Part shown: in pieces, positions 49,825-60,500 of the stretch
Position numbering within the stretch: position 1 is the first letter of the stretch
Layout of the letters: every line of letters begins with the position of its first letter
Origin: Lama guanicoe
Taxonomy: Eukaryota
Assembly: GCA_013239625.1 (NCBI GenBank)
Contig: MU054323.1
Location: 9,517,186-9,581,185 of the forward strand
Direction: 5' to 3'
Length of the DNA: 64,000 bases
Made by a program: the position numbers and the translations under genes
The notes under the pieces: model-generated
What the model saw: the letters and a program-made list of their open reading frames with translations, nothing else
Told to the model about the DNA's origin: nothing
The model's database searches: none

Positions 49825-50280
49825 GACAATAAAAAAAGGAATGTCAGTCTCTTCTCACTTATAAACACTGATACACAATTCCTAAGTAAAATATTAGCAC
49901 ATTGAATCAAGCATTATATTCTGAAAAGTACATCCTGACCAAATAGAGTTTATTCAGGGAAAGGGACATGGTTTAATACTGTTAAATTTTCTACTATAAC
50001 ATATCAATATATCAAAAGAAGAAAAACAGCTTGGCCATTTAGATGGAGGCCAAAAAAGTGTATTTTACAAAATTCAATATCCATACCTGCTTAAAAAATA
50101 AACTCCTAATTAAACTAAAATAGAAGAAGCCTTCTTTAATGTGGTTTTATAATGTCTATGTCAAACCAATAGACAGAACCAAGTGTGATGCCAAAACACC
50201 GGGGATATTGCTATTAAAGTCAGGCACAAGAAGAGGGTGCCAGGATTTGCCAGTGTTCTTTAACATTATTCTGGAACAAT
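49825..50280 (+). mobile_element. Degenerate L1 ORF2 (reverse transcriptase region) fragment
   Basis: ctaagtaaaatattagca...gaccaaatagagtttatt...acaaaattcaatatcca...aagtcaggcacaagaagagggtgcc; the peptide LKSGTRRGC...FFNIILE resembles L1 RT (GTRQGCPLSPLLFNIVLE). Confidence 0.8.
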
Positions 50281-51615
50281 CAATGTTCTTGCTTAGAGGC
50301 AATTGCCTAGAAGCAACGATACCCTGGTAGCAATAAGCCATCAAGAGCCCAGATCTTAGTTTTAAAATATTATTATCCACTAAAAGGAACTGGAGCTAAT
50401 GGCTGATCCCAGGGCTAGAACAGCAAAAATACAACATGAGTTTAAAACATCTTTTTTTTGCCAGAAAACTAAGGAAACAGTCAAGGAATAATGGAGACGT
50501 GTCAAAATGACACAGAAATCTGCCTGAAGGCTAAATCTGGGACAGTTTGAGCATCAAAATAAACAGTCATGGTAACAGATTACAACATTTTGATTAAAAT
50601 ACAAATCCATGAGACCATATTGATATAAATGAATGAATGAATAAAAGATGGAAAAAGAAAACTCTTCCTTACAGTAGGATACCAACTAATAAATGTAGAA
50701 TGAGCGATGGAAATAGATATTCACCATTTGGCAACCTTCATAGTTGTGGGTGAACAAGGCTGGAGTCCTCAATGGGTGCTAATGCTGGTAGGCAGAGATT
50801 TGATGAGAAACAGGATATTGGCGTAGCCTTGGAGGAGCTCCCCAACACGTACTTATCCAAGACAAAAGGAAAGATGTGAGTTCACGGTAGAGAAACCTGG
50901 AGGGCACCAATCTGACCTGGTGATCAAGGTTAACATCACTACTGGTGGGACAGGTCAGTAATGCATGGCCAGATGTGATGCCCTAAGATGAGCCCAGCAT
51001 CATTTCTGTGGTACTCTTGCCAAGAATGCTCACCCTGAGAGTGGACACGAGGAAACGTTGGATAGATTCATGTTGGGGGACATCCTACAGAATGAATGGC
51101 CGGTACTCTTTAAGATGGTCAAGGTCGTGAAAGACAGGGAAAGACTGACCGGCTCCAGACTGAAGGAAACTAATAAAGCATGACAACTAAATGCCACTCA
51201 GAATCCTGACTTGGATCCTGGACCAGAAAGGCAAATGAGGCATTGCTGGGACAGTTAGAGAAATTAGAATGGGGTCTATGTATTAAAGAATGGCATTAAA
51301 CTCGTTTTGATTTCCTAATTTGGAGGGTTGAATGACAGTAATGAGGAGAGGGTGTTGTTTGGGGGAAGTACAAACTGGAATATTTAGGGGTCATGGGGCC
51401 CCCTGTCTACAACTTGTCATCCAGTGGTTCATGGGGGGAAAAGCCATATCCATATATACATATGGAGAGAGATGGAGAGACAGAGACATGAGTAGAGAGA
51501 GAAGACACAAATGTGGTAAAATAATTTATCAGAGAATCTGGGTGAAGGGGCTGTAGAAGTTCTTTGTACTGTTCTTAAACTATTTCTATAGGTTTGAAGT
51601 TATTTCAAAATAAGT
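50281..51615 (+). mobile_element. L1MC/MD-type 3' UTR
   Basis: aagagcccagatctt...ccactaaaaggaac...ctaaatctgggacagtttgagcatcaaaataaa...tgacaactaaatgc...ggatcctggaccagaaa...ttctttgtactgttctt...tttgaagttatttcaaaataa. Confidence 0.85.
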
Positions 51616-52049
51616 GAACAGTGAATAAACTTCACACCCAGTTGAGGTGCAGATGGCCCCCAACAGGCTCTCCCCATAGCCACCGCGGCAAACATGTGGT
51701 ACTCAAGGCTCAGGAGCAATTTTGCTCCAGGTTAAAGGCCCCCTTTGTTCCTGAGACAGAATCTCCAAACTTTCACCACTGGCTCAGGCCCCCATCTGTC
51801 TCTCTCCCCCACCCCAATTTTTCAGAGAAATTGTAGGACATCACGAAGAGTCTCTCCTAATTCCCCTAGCTTACTCTACATCCATCCTTAGCTTTTATTC
51901 TCAACACCCTGCGATGTGGTTCATCTAGCCTTGAGACAGAGTGTAAAACTCCCCTCACTATGGCGCCCTGGGTCTGGATAGGTTGCTCTTCGTGACTGCG
52001 ACACTGCTGTCATCTGAGACGTCTCTTCACCACAGTTTCTACTCCTGGT

Positions 52050-52885
52050 TTCCCAGCTTTTCTGCCTTTTCCCCTTATTTGGGGGGAAGTACATCCAGTA
52101 GTAACAGCTTCCAGTGAAAGGATTCATAGGAGTTAAACTTTTTTGAGATTTTGCATGTCTGAAGATTTTGTGAATCTGAGTTTTTGTATATATTTTTCTA
52201 CCCTCACACTTAGTTTTCAGTTAAATAAATATAGGCTGAAGATTGTGTTCCTTCATAATTAAACATAGCTCTTCTTGTCATACTTATCTGCTTTCTTTCA
52301 GCATTGCTGTTGAGAAGTCTGATTTCATTCTAACTCCTGACCCTCTGCATGTGACCTGCTTTCTTTCTGCTCTGAAGCTTTTAGGTTTTTTACTTTACCT
52401 CCACTCTGAAATTTAACAGTTATGGTCCTTGGTGTAGGTATTTTTTCAATTATTGTTTTAGGCACTTGGTATGTCCTTTCATGTTGGCCACCCACATCCT
52501 TAGTCCTGGGAAATTTTTCTTGTATTATTTATTACTTCTTTGATTGTTTCTCCTCTCCAATTTATCCATTGTCTTTCTCTGGACTTATTTACAAGCAAAT
52601 GTTGGAACTCTTGGATCCATTCTCTAACTCCCCTGTCTTTTCATTTTCCCTCTTTTCTAAATGTCTGCCTTTTTACTTAATTTTCTGGGAAATTTTCTCA
52701 AGTTTATCTTCCAACCCTTCTATTAGATTTTTTTTTTTAGCTTCTCTATAATACTGATTTCAAAGAGCTCTTCTTTATTTTCCAATGGCATCTTTTAAAA
52801 TATCATCTTGTTCTCATTTCATGGATACAGTAGCTTCTCTCATTTCTCTGAAGAGTACAGGTCATTTTAAAAAGGTTTCTTGTGC
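52050..52885 (-). mobile_element. Old L1M/HAL1-like fragment (ORF1 region), antisense
   Basis: T-rich ttgcatgtctgaa...ttgctgttgagaagtctga...ctgggaaatttttcttgtattatt...atgttggaactcttggat...tttatcttccaacccttctatt. Confidence 0.75.
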
Positions 52886-53304
52886 TCCCTTATTGGTCTG
52901 TTTTGCTCTTGTTAGTTGGAGGCAGGGAGGCTCAGGGTAACATGCTTCAGGCTCCTAGCCAGAGCCTCCATCTTGAGGCCACTCGCTTTGACAATTACTT
53001 GTCCCCCTTATAATCCCCTCCCTTCATCAAAACCTATGCACCCATCTTATGCCTGTTTCCTTGGCAACCTGCTGCCTCTTCTCTAGGACACATTGAGGGA
53101 AGGAGCCCTACAATTCCAACCCTGGGAGCAAACATCTCAGCCTTTCTCCCCTTCACCTGTGTCAGAGCTCTGTTGGAAACAAAGGTTTCAGAGGAATTTC
53201 TGGTGACAGGAAAACCAGTGAAGGAACTACTTTGGGTGAGAAGCAGTTCCCTCCCTATGGTACTAGTAAGCTCCCTCTCTCTTGGGGAAGTGGTCTCAGG
53301 GGAT

Positions 53305-53510
53305 GGCAGTGTGCAGGAGCTAGCTTGAACCCACTTAAGAGAGTCAACTGTCAGAGTTTCAGGAACTGGGTGAGCTGGTCGATGTCACATCAGCAGCTTG
53401 AAGGCAGCCGTGATACTTATACCAGGGAAATTGGTAAACACACTTGTCAGATTTGGGGGTTTTGTTTTGGTTTTTGAAAGTTTGTTATTAAACATTTACC
53501 AGCACACCCT
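53305..53510. mobile_element. MER63A-like hAT element
   Basis: gtgtgcaggagctagctt...gagagtcaactgt...agcttgaa...ggaaattggtaaacac...ttattaaacatttaccagcacacc; opposite orientation to the copy at 25055. Confidence 0.75.
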
Positions 53511-54299
53511 TGAATATCACTGCTCTTCCTTCAGTGCTCTGGTTCCTAGGCAGTGGGGTTGAGTTGCAGATCAAGGACCTGGAGTTGTGCAACATGGCAG
53601 CCCTGGTGGGGAATACGTCTGCAGCTTGCTACATTAAAGCACTGATTTTACGTACTCGGATCACGGCTTAGCACACAAACTAGCGCAACCTGTCTTCAAA
53701 CTACAAGCTCTGGGACATTTCTATTTTTTTAATCACCGTGTTCACATAGCAGGGCACCAGAGGGCCAGCCATAGGCACCAGGGGCTCCCGACTGTCTCCA
53801 GGGAGCAATTGGATCTCCTCCAGAAAAGGCAGATGGGGGACTCTCTAGTCCAACGAGTCTCGACGGGCAGACAGCCCAGCATCTCCCACCTCATCAGTCT
53901 TAGTGCCTCATGCTTCTTCCCCTTCTTGAATGCCCATGGAAAGGTCACTTGGAAGGCTGGTCTGGTGTTGGTTCACCGGAACCTAATGTGATCCCATCCT
54001 CAAGGCAACAGGTGGAGTTTGGGGAGCTAAGAGAAAGGGAGAGCCTGTGCCCAGCACCCCAGCGCAGCAGGCTGCTCTGCATCTCTGCTCTCCTTGTCCC
54101 ATCTGCTTTCATCTCCCGCCACTGCCCTCCTTGCAGTCCCCTCACTGCCAGCTTCTGCTGCTCAGCCAGGCTAGAGATGGGCTGCCCCAAGGGAAGAATC
54201 CAGGAAACAGGTGATGAGGTACCTCACCAGCCCCTTGTGGACCCTGGCTGTCTGGCCCAAAGGAAGATGCTCAACTGTACCCTGGGGGCTGAGGGTACA

Positions 54300-54500
54300 A
54301 GGACTAAGGTGGTCATAGGTTCTAGGAATCCTGGGCCAGCTCTTTCCTTTTCTGCCCTGCTCTGACTTAACTTCTCTCTGTGCTTTGGTTTTCCCAAATG
54401 TGAAGTGGGACTAATCATCCTCAAAACACCCCTGCAAGGTACTAATTACCGTCTGTAAGAGACTTTGAGATCTTTGGATGGAATATAACAGTACTAATAA
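54300..54500 (+). mobile_element. MIR/MIR1_Amn-like SINE (left member of an inverted pair)
   Basis: gacttaacttctctctgtgctttggttttcccaaatgtgaagtggga...ctgtaagagactttgagatctttggatg. Confidence 0.65.
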
Positions 54501-54519
54501 TGGATAATAACACTCTGTC

Positions 54520-54715
54520 CTTCTCCAGGGCCTTTCATCCATGGATCTCAAAGCCTTTTACAAACCTTAATTAATTCTCACTATATTCCAGCGCAGGAGG
54601 CTGATGGTCATTAGACTGATTTTACGGGTGGGGAAACTGAGAGAAGCCAGGAGGTTGGCTTGAGGCCACACAATAAGTCGGCAGCCGCGTGAGGGTTAGA
54701 ACTCACAGCCCCCGG
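54520..54715 (-). mobile_element. MIR/MIR1_Amn-like SINE (right member of an inverted pair)
   Basis: ctttcatccatggatctcaaagccttttacaaaccttaattaatt...attttacgggtggggaaactgag...ggcttgaggccacaca. Confidence 0.65.
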
Positions 54716-55592
54716 CCCCTGGGAGAGGCCCAGATGACATGGGCTTTTGGCCCAGCCTGGCAAGGAGGCTGATGGGGTTCTGGTAGAGCCTTCCACCTGC
54801 CAGGGCCCTGGAGGGACTGCCAAGGGGAGTCTGGGCCGCTGAGCTCCGGGGAGACTTGGGAAAATAGGAGGAGGCCCATAGGCATGGGTTTTGCTTTGTC
54901 TAGTGATTTGGGAAAAGGAGTAGCCTTGGCTGGGCATCCAGTGTGTGCCAAGATCCTGTACAAGACACTGTGTCATTTGGTCACATCTCACCTGTGAGGT
55001 AGGCATACTGTTCCCATTTCCCAGGTAAGGAAACTGGCTTGTGGAAGAAGCCAGCATTTCTGCTCACCTACCACGGACCAAGCAACAGGCTTTTGCCTTC
55101 ATTGTCACTACCACAGGCCACAAGTCATCCAGGTAGCAGGAGACACTATTAGCCATCATTTTAGAGATGGGGAAACTGAGGTACCCAGAGGAAAACTGAC
55201 TTTCTCAAGGGTGTGACCTTAAACAAGTCATATTATTCAACAGACTCTCCCTTCCCCAACCCACCCCCAGGTCCTCAGAGTCCCCCAGCCCTAACACCTT
55301 CCCAACCCCAGCAGGCAGGCCAGGTTGGTGGGATCATGTCAGGAAGAGCTTTGAAGTTCTCCGAGGCAGCAGCCCAGGTCCTCCCAGGGAAAGATGAAAA
55401 GTCTCCTGTCCTGGGCTCTTTGTCGTCTCACAGGGAAGCTCTCAGAAGATGGAAAGAGCAAGGTCACCTGGGTTGACCGTGAATCACCTGGGGACAGTGG
55501 CCCGTGGGCTTCCCTGTAGGTCACTAGGGTGGCCTCTCATGTCCTGCCTGGGGGACTCTCTGGGGAGGATCGGGCCTCCTGGGACAGAGACT

Positions 55593-55673
55593 TTGGCAGC
55601 TTCCACAAGGCGATGTTCCTTCTCTCACCCAGCAGATCTTCTCCACCTGGGAGCCTGCTCAGACCTGCCTTCC
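55593..55673 (+). repeat. 81-bp direct repeat, copy 1 (copy 2 at 56985-57065)
   Basis: 76/81 identical by manual alignment, with the last 48 nt identical. Confidence 0.95.
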
Positions 55674-55717
55674 CCCTTGTACCTCTCACTGGAACAGGGC
55701 AGAAAGAGTGCTAAAAG

Positions 55718-56108
55718 AGTGATATAATGATATTTGTCTTTCTCTGTCTGACTTACTTCACTTAGTATGATGATATCTAGATCCATCCATGTTGCTCCAC
55801 ATGGCATTATTTCATTCTTTTTTATGGCTGAGTAGTATTCCATTAACACACACACCACATCATCTTTATCCATTTATCTGTTGATGAACAGTTAAGTTCT
55901 TTCCATGTCTTGGCTATTGTAAATAGTGCGGCTATGAACATTAGGGTGCATGTATCTTTTTGAATTAGAGTTTTCTCTGTATATAAGCCCAGGACTGGTT
56001 TGTTGGATCATAGGGTAAGTCTATTTTTAGTTTTTCAAGGAATCTCCAAACTGTTTTCCATAGTGGCTACACCACACTACATTCCCACCAAGAGTGTAGG
56101 AGGGTTCC
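55718..56108 (-). mobile_element. L1 ORF2 C-terminal fragment without 3' UTR or poly(A)
   Basis: Minus-strand peptides MEYYSAIKKNEIMPCGATWMDLDIIILSEVSQTEKDKYH and [19 protein letters not shown] are typical of the L1 ORF2 C-terminal region. Confidence 0.92.
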
Positions 56109-56379
56109 TGAGGGGGCTCTTGAAACCTGAGGAAAGAAATGGAGGAGATGACAAGATAAGTTTCTGTCTCTGGGGTGGGTTGTGGGGAAGACTGTGCAGA
56201 GGACACAGTGCTCACAGAATAGGACAGGTCGGGCAAGGCTTGGGGTGGGGAGAGGACCGTGGAGTGATGTTCAGGGCCAAGGTGGGGGGTGATGGAAATG
56301 CTAAAAGTTCCAGCAGTGATTTTGTTCACTGCCTGCTTAATCTTGATAGAAATACTATCTAATATTTGTACAGCCTTTT

Positions 56380-56560
56380 ACCCAAGTTAGCAAAATGCTT
56401 TCCCTCCTGTGTTGTCTCTTTCGATCGCCCTCCCCACCTGAGGGAGAGGTATAGTAGGACTCCCAATCTGCAGATAAGGAAACCGAGGCTCAGAAAGATA
56501 AAGTCATCTCAGGGACACATAGGTAGTAAGGGGCAGACCCAGGCCTCTAACCCAGGTCTC
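56380..56560 (-). mobile_element. MIR SINE
   Basis: tcccaatctgcagataaggaaaccgaggctcagaaagataaagtcatctcagggacacataggtagtaagg...taacccaggtct. Confidence 0.75.
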
Positions 56561-56984
56561 TCCCTGAGACACACTTTTCTAGAAAGTTCCATACCACAGA
56601 GTCTCTCCTGGAACCAATGCAAGGCAGGCCTGACCTGAGTTGAGGGCCTGGATTCCAGCACCCACTTGCTGGGCTCTTTTCCTCCTCCTGAGGCCCCTTG
56701 GGGTGGGGGCCTGGCCCTGAAGGAGGAATCTCGGCTCGGAAGGTGAGTCTAGGGTGTGGCCCGCAGTGGGCGGGAGGTGCTGGAGGCTGCTGCTGGCTGG
56801 GCAGGGTGGGGCCAGGCGGGCACCGGGAACAGTGTGACCTGGACAGTGTGACCTGCAATAATTGGGTGCTGCCTGCAGTGGCTGCAACAGAGGCAGTGAG
56901 GCCCCTCTGTGCCTAGGGGTGGCCTCATTGCCAAGGCTGGGGCCTCTGTGCCTCCCACCCCAGTGGTTCCCCGTTGGCCATGGC

Positions 56985-57065
56985 TTGGCAGCTTCCAGGA
57001 GGCAATGTTCTTTCTCCCACCCAGCAGATCTTCTCCACCTGGGAGCCTGCTCAGACCTGCCTTCC
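56985..57065 (+). repeat. 81-bp direct repeat, copy 2
   Basis: Matches 55593-55673 at an offset of 1392 bp. Confidence 0.95.
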
Positions 57066-58484
57066 TCACAAAACTCGGTAGCAACTCCCTGGGGCAGAAA
57101 ATGTCTCTTCTGAAAGCAAGACAAGAGTTTAATTAAGCCCTGAACGCGCACAGTTGAGCCTGAAATTAGGGTGGTGACGGGAAGGGGAGAAGGCAACTGA
57201 GGACAGGGGGGCTTCAGCCCAACCCCGGCCCAGCTGAGCAAAACAAGCCTGCAAGCAAACATTTACCGAGCCCGCGGGCCTGGGTACAAAACGTTTCTGC
57301 CCCGGAGAGGGAAGAATGCCGTGTTCCCTCTCACGTTTTGGGTAAGTCTGCAGAGGATTTGGAAAGTAGAAAGAGGGAACCAGGAAGTAAAGTGAGGCCA
57401 CCTCTGAGACCAGATTCCGGGGCTCTGGGGTGGGGCTGGGGGGCACCTGGGAGTCCTGCTGTGACTGCAGCTGGGCAGGGGGAGCCCTCCCCACCCGCAT
57501 GGCCAGCTGGGCTCTGGGTGAGCCAGGCCAACCGCATGCACGGGTGTGCCTGGGTTGGGGCTCCTGCCCGGCACCCAGCTTGGCTCGCCCAGATGGGCAA
57601 AGCTCACTCAGCTCCCCAGGGAGGCAGGCAGCAGCCAGCCCTGAGGTGCCCGACTGGCTGGGCTCCTGGCTGTAGGGACAAAGCCGCTGACACTGGCTTT
57701 GCAGTTGGCTGCAGGCCTTGGGGCAGCCAGGAGCTTGGAGGGGGCCACTGGCTTCAGCCCCTCTTTCTCCCGTCCTCAGGTCTCCCCAGATTGTTGCTGA
57801 GACAGTCAAACCGCAGCCTCCTCTTTTACCTGGCAATTAATCGTGCTGTGCCCTGCAACCTGGGTTGGGTCTTACTCTGCCAGGGACTAAAGGCAAGAAG
57901 GGACGGGCGTGTTATCGCTTGTCTCGGGGCAGAGAGGTGGTTGCGACAGAGCCCCTGAGTGCGTGTAAAAGTGCATGCGTGCAGCAGTGAGGGAACGGGC
58001 TGTCCTCGGGGTGCCTGCCTGGCCCTCCTTCCCCGTGCGTGGTGGGGGGAGGGGGGCCTTGGGCTGATTTCTGTCATTGGGGCAGGGGACCCAAGGACAG
58101 ACCCAGCTTGGTTGACAAAGAAGCTGCTCTCCAGGGCTCTGCCTGACCAGTCATCTGATCATTTCGTGGAGATGGCTGTAGGTTCTATGACTTTAAGGGA
58201 TTCTTTGCCGAAGACACCAAAGTGGGGGCCTTTGCTGGGGCCATGGGGAGCACCAGCCAGTCGTCATCCACTATTTGCTTTTCCTGACCAGGGCCTTATA
58301 CTCTGATGGCTTCCCCTTCCTGGGACAGGTGGGAAATCCTGGCACAGCTTTCCAGTCACTAAACCACAGGTATCCTGGAGGGGTGACAACTGGTGGCCAG
58401 AGAGTCCGGAGAGGCCTCAAGTTTCCTTCTGTGAAGCATCTCTTACCCATCTGTGCTTATTTCCCCTTGACAGCATCCCCAACC

Positions 58485-58682
58485 CTTATCCTGTGGCCGC
58501 TATAACAAATGACCACAAACTTTCTGGTCTAAAACAACAGAAATTGATTCTCTCACAGTTCTGGAGACCTGAAGCCCAAAATCAAGGTATTGGCAGGGCC
58601 TCTTTCAGCCCCTGGGGCGGCTATAGGATTCCGTACCCTTGGGACACCTGTCTCTGCTCTGTCTTCACATCAGAGGCTTCTC

Positions 58683-58730
<48 letters not shown>

Positions 58731-58925
58731 TCTCCCTTGGCCTCACTCTTAGAAGGACACTTATCACTGGATTTAGGGTCCACTGAGATGATCTAGGATG
58801 ACCTCCTAGTGTTGAGATCCTTAACTTCGTTACATCTGCAAAGACTCTTTTTTCAAACAAGATCTCATTCATAGGTTCTGGGGATTCGGGCGTGGATTTA
58901 TCTTTTGGAGTCCACCTGTTACCCC
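58485..58925 (-). mobile_element. MLT1 (C/D-like) MaLR LTR containing a (TG)22 microsatellite
   Basis: ctataacaaatgaccacaaact...aaaacaacagaaatt.attctctcacagttctggag...ggatttagggtccac...agatccttaactt..ttacatctgcaaagac. Confidence 0.88.
58686..58729. repeat. (TG)22 microsatellite
   Basis: Direct reading. Confidence 0.95.
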
Positions 58926-60349
58926 AGCCAGTGGTCAGTCAGCCACAGGTTGGACACCTTCAGTGGTGGGAAGCTCGCTGCCTCGTGGGTTGGCTCAGTT
59001 TGCGTCCAGACAGGTCTAATTATTTTAAAATTCTTACTTGGGTGGAGTTGAAATTCCACTCAGCAGGAACCTCTATCCTCTGGCCCTAATTCTGTCCTTC
59101 AGTGCACATAAAGTACCTGCTCTTCCCTCCATCTCCTGCCCCCGATTACAGTGCAAAACAAAATCAGAAAAAAGATGAGCATGCTCAACCTTGGGGTCAT
59201 GAGACCTTGACTCACTGGTGGCTCTGTCCCTAGGAGCTTGTGCCTAGGTTACCTCACCATAAAGCCAAAAGGCTGGCTGAGTCACTCTTTTCATGGGATG
59301 CTTTTGGGAAAGGCATCCTGGATATCTATAATTGGCACTGGCATATGAAAGGCTCTGAGAAGTCCTGAGTAGAGAAACCCATTTAAGTCAGTCTTTTCCA
59401 CATGTATTTGAAAATTGAGTCCTTTTATGGCCTAGCATCTTTAATCACCCCACAAAACTTCCATGCTGCTTTGGAAGGAGAACTGGTCTCTGTGATGCCT
59501 GGGGGTCCTTTCCAGCTTTCCCAGTCTGTTGGGGTCAAACCAAACAGCTGAGTTCGAGTTGTCCTTGGTTCCCATCATTGTCATTGGTTGCCATCCACAG
59601 AGTTGTTGCTAGACATTTTGCTGGAGGTAACAAACGATTCAATACAGGGTAAGAGTGAAGAATCTGGAAAATGAGAAGCCCCTCCCCCCGCAGACAGCAG
59701 GGTGAGGTTGTGGGTGATGGCCTCCTCCCAGGGGCCATGGGCCTGCCTAGGGCGCTGTGGGAGGAAGCCGGGGAGGAAGGAGCATTTCCGATGCTCTGCC
59801 CCACAGGACCTGCTCATCCCAGGGATCCAGACTTCACTTCCACCTGCTCAGCCCTCCCTCGTTAGGTAAAGCTACCTCTGAACCTGGCTATTCCCAGAGT
59901 TTTGCTAACGGTCCCAACCAAATCCCTCCTACATTTGCTAGAGGAGAAAAGTCTCAAAGAAGAAGTCAAAAATCTGAAATGGGAACAGGAAGAAACCTGG
60001 ATCTCCCAAGGGAAAGACAGTGCTGGTGGGGGAAGGGAAGGGCCTGAAGGTGTGTTTCAAGGGGAAAAGGGAGAGAGCCTGAGGCTGGGATGGGCAGGGT
60101 GGGGGCTCCAACTCTGGGCCCAAGAGAAAGACAGAGACATTGAAATGAAAGCTAAATAAGGAGACTGGAGTGGACTGAAAAGGCCACGAGGTTTATTCCC
60201 CTGCCCCCAGGTGAGATCTGGCTAGGCTACTATCCTCCCTGAGAAGGGGCAATCCAGTGCAGATCCACATGTTCTGTTTATTGAGTGGAGCCCCTGTTAC
60301 CTGACAGGTTCATCTGAAGAGTCTCCTTGCTCGCAGATACAGCTCGGGG

Positions 60350-60500
60350 ACTGTTTATTGAGTGCGCACGTAGCAGGCACTATGCTAGCTGCTTTCACGT
60401 GTATATTTAACCTTTACATCCTCTAGAATTTCACAGGTGAGGACACCAAGCCTAGGGAGGTTTAGTATCTCACCGAAAGTCAAGAGGCAAAGTGAGAAAT
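60350..60500 (-). mobile_element. MIR SINE
   Basis: tttattgagtgcgcacgtagcaggcactatgctagctgctttcacgt...tttcacaggtgaggacaccaagcctagggaggtt. Confidence 0.7.

Noticed and set aside
52422..52751. Hydrophobic 109-aa ORF resembling a membrane protein
   Set aside because: Translation of the T-rich antisense strand of an old L1/HAL1 fragment.
59902..60159. ORF with a coiled-coil-looking stretch LLHLLEEKSLKEEVKNLKWEQEE
   Set aside because: Explained by a purine-rich tract; non-ATG start, no convincing splice sites and no recognised homolog.
60274..60364. 14-bp repeat ctgtttattgagtg at 60274 and 60351
   Set aside because: Matches the common MIR/L2 3' tail motif, so it most likely reflects two independent repeat ends.
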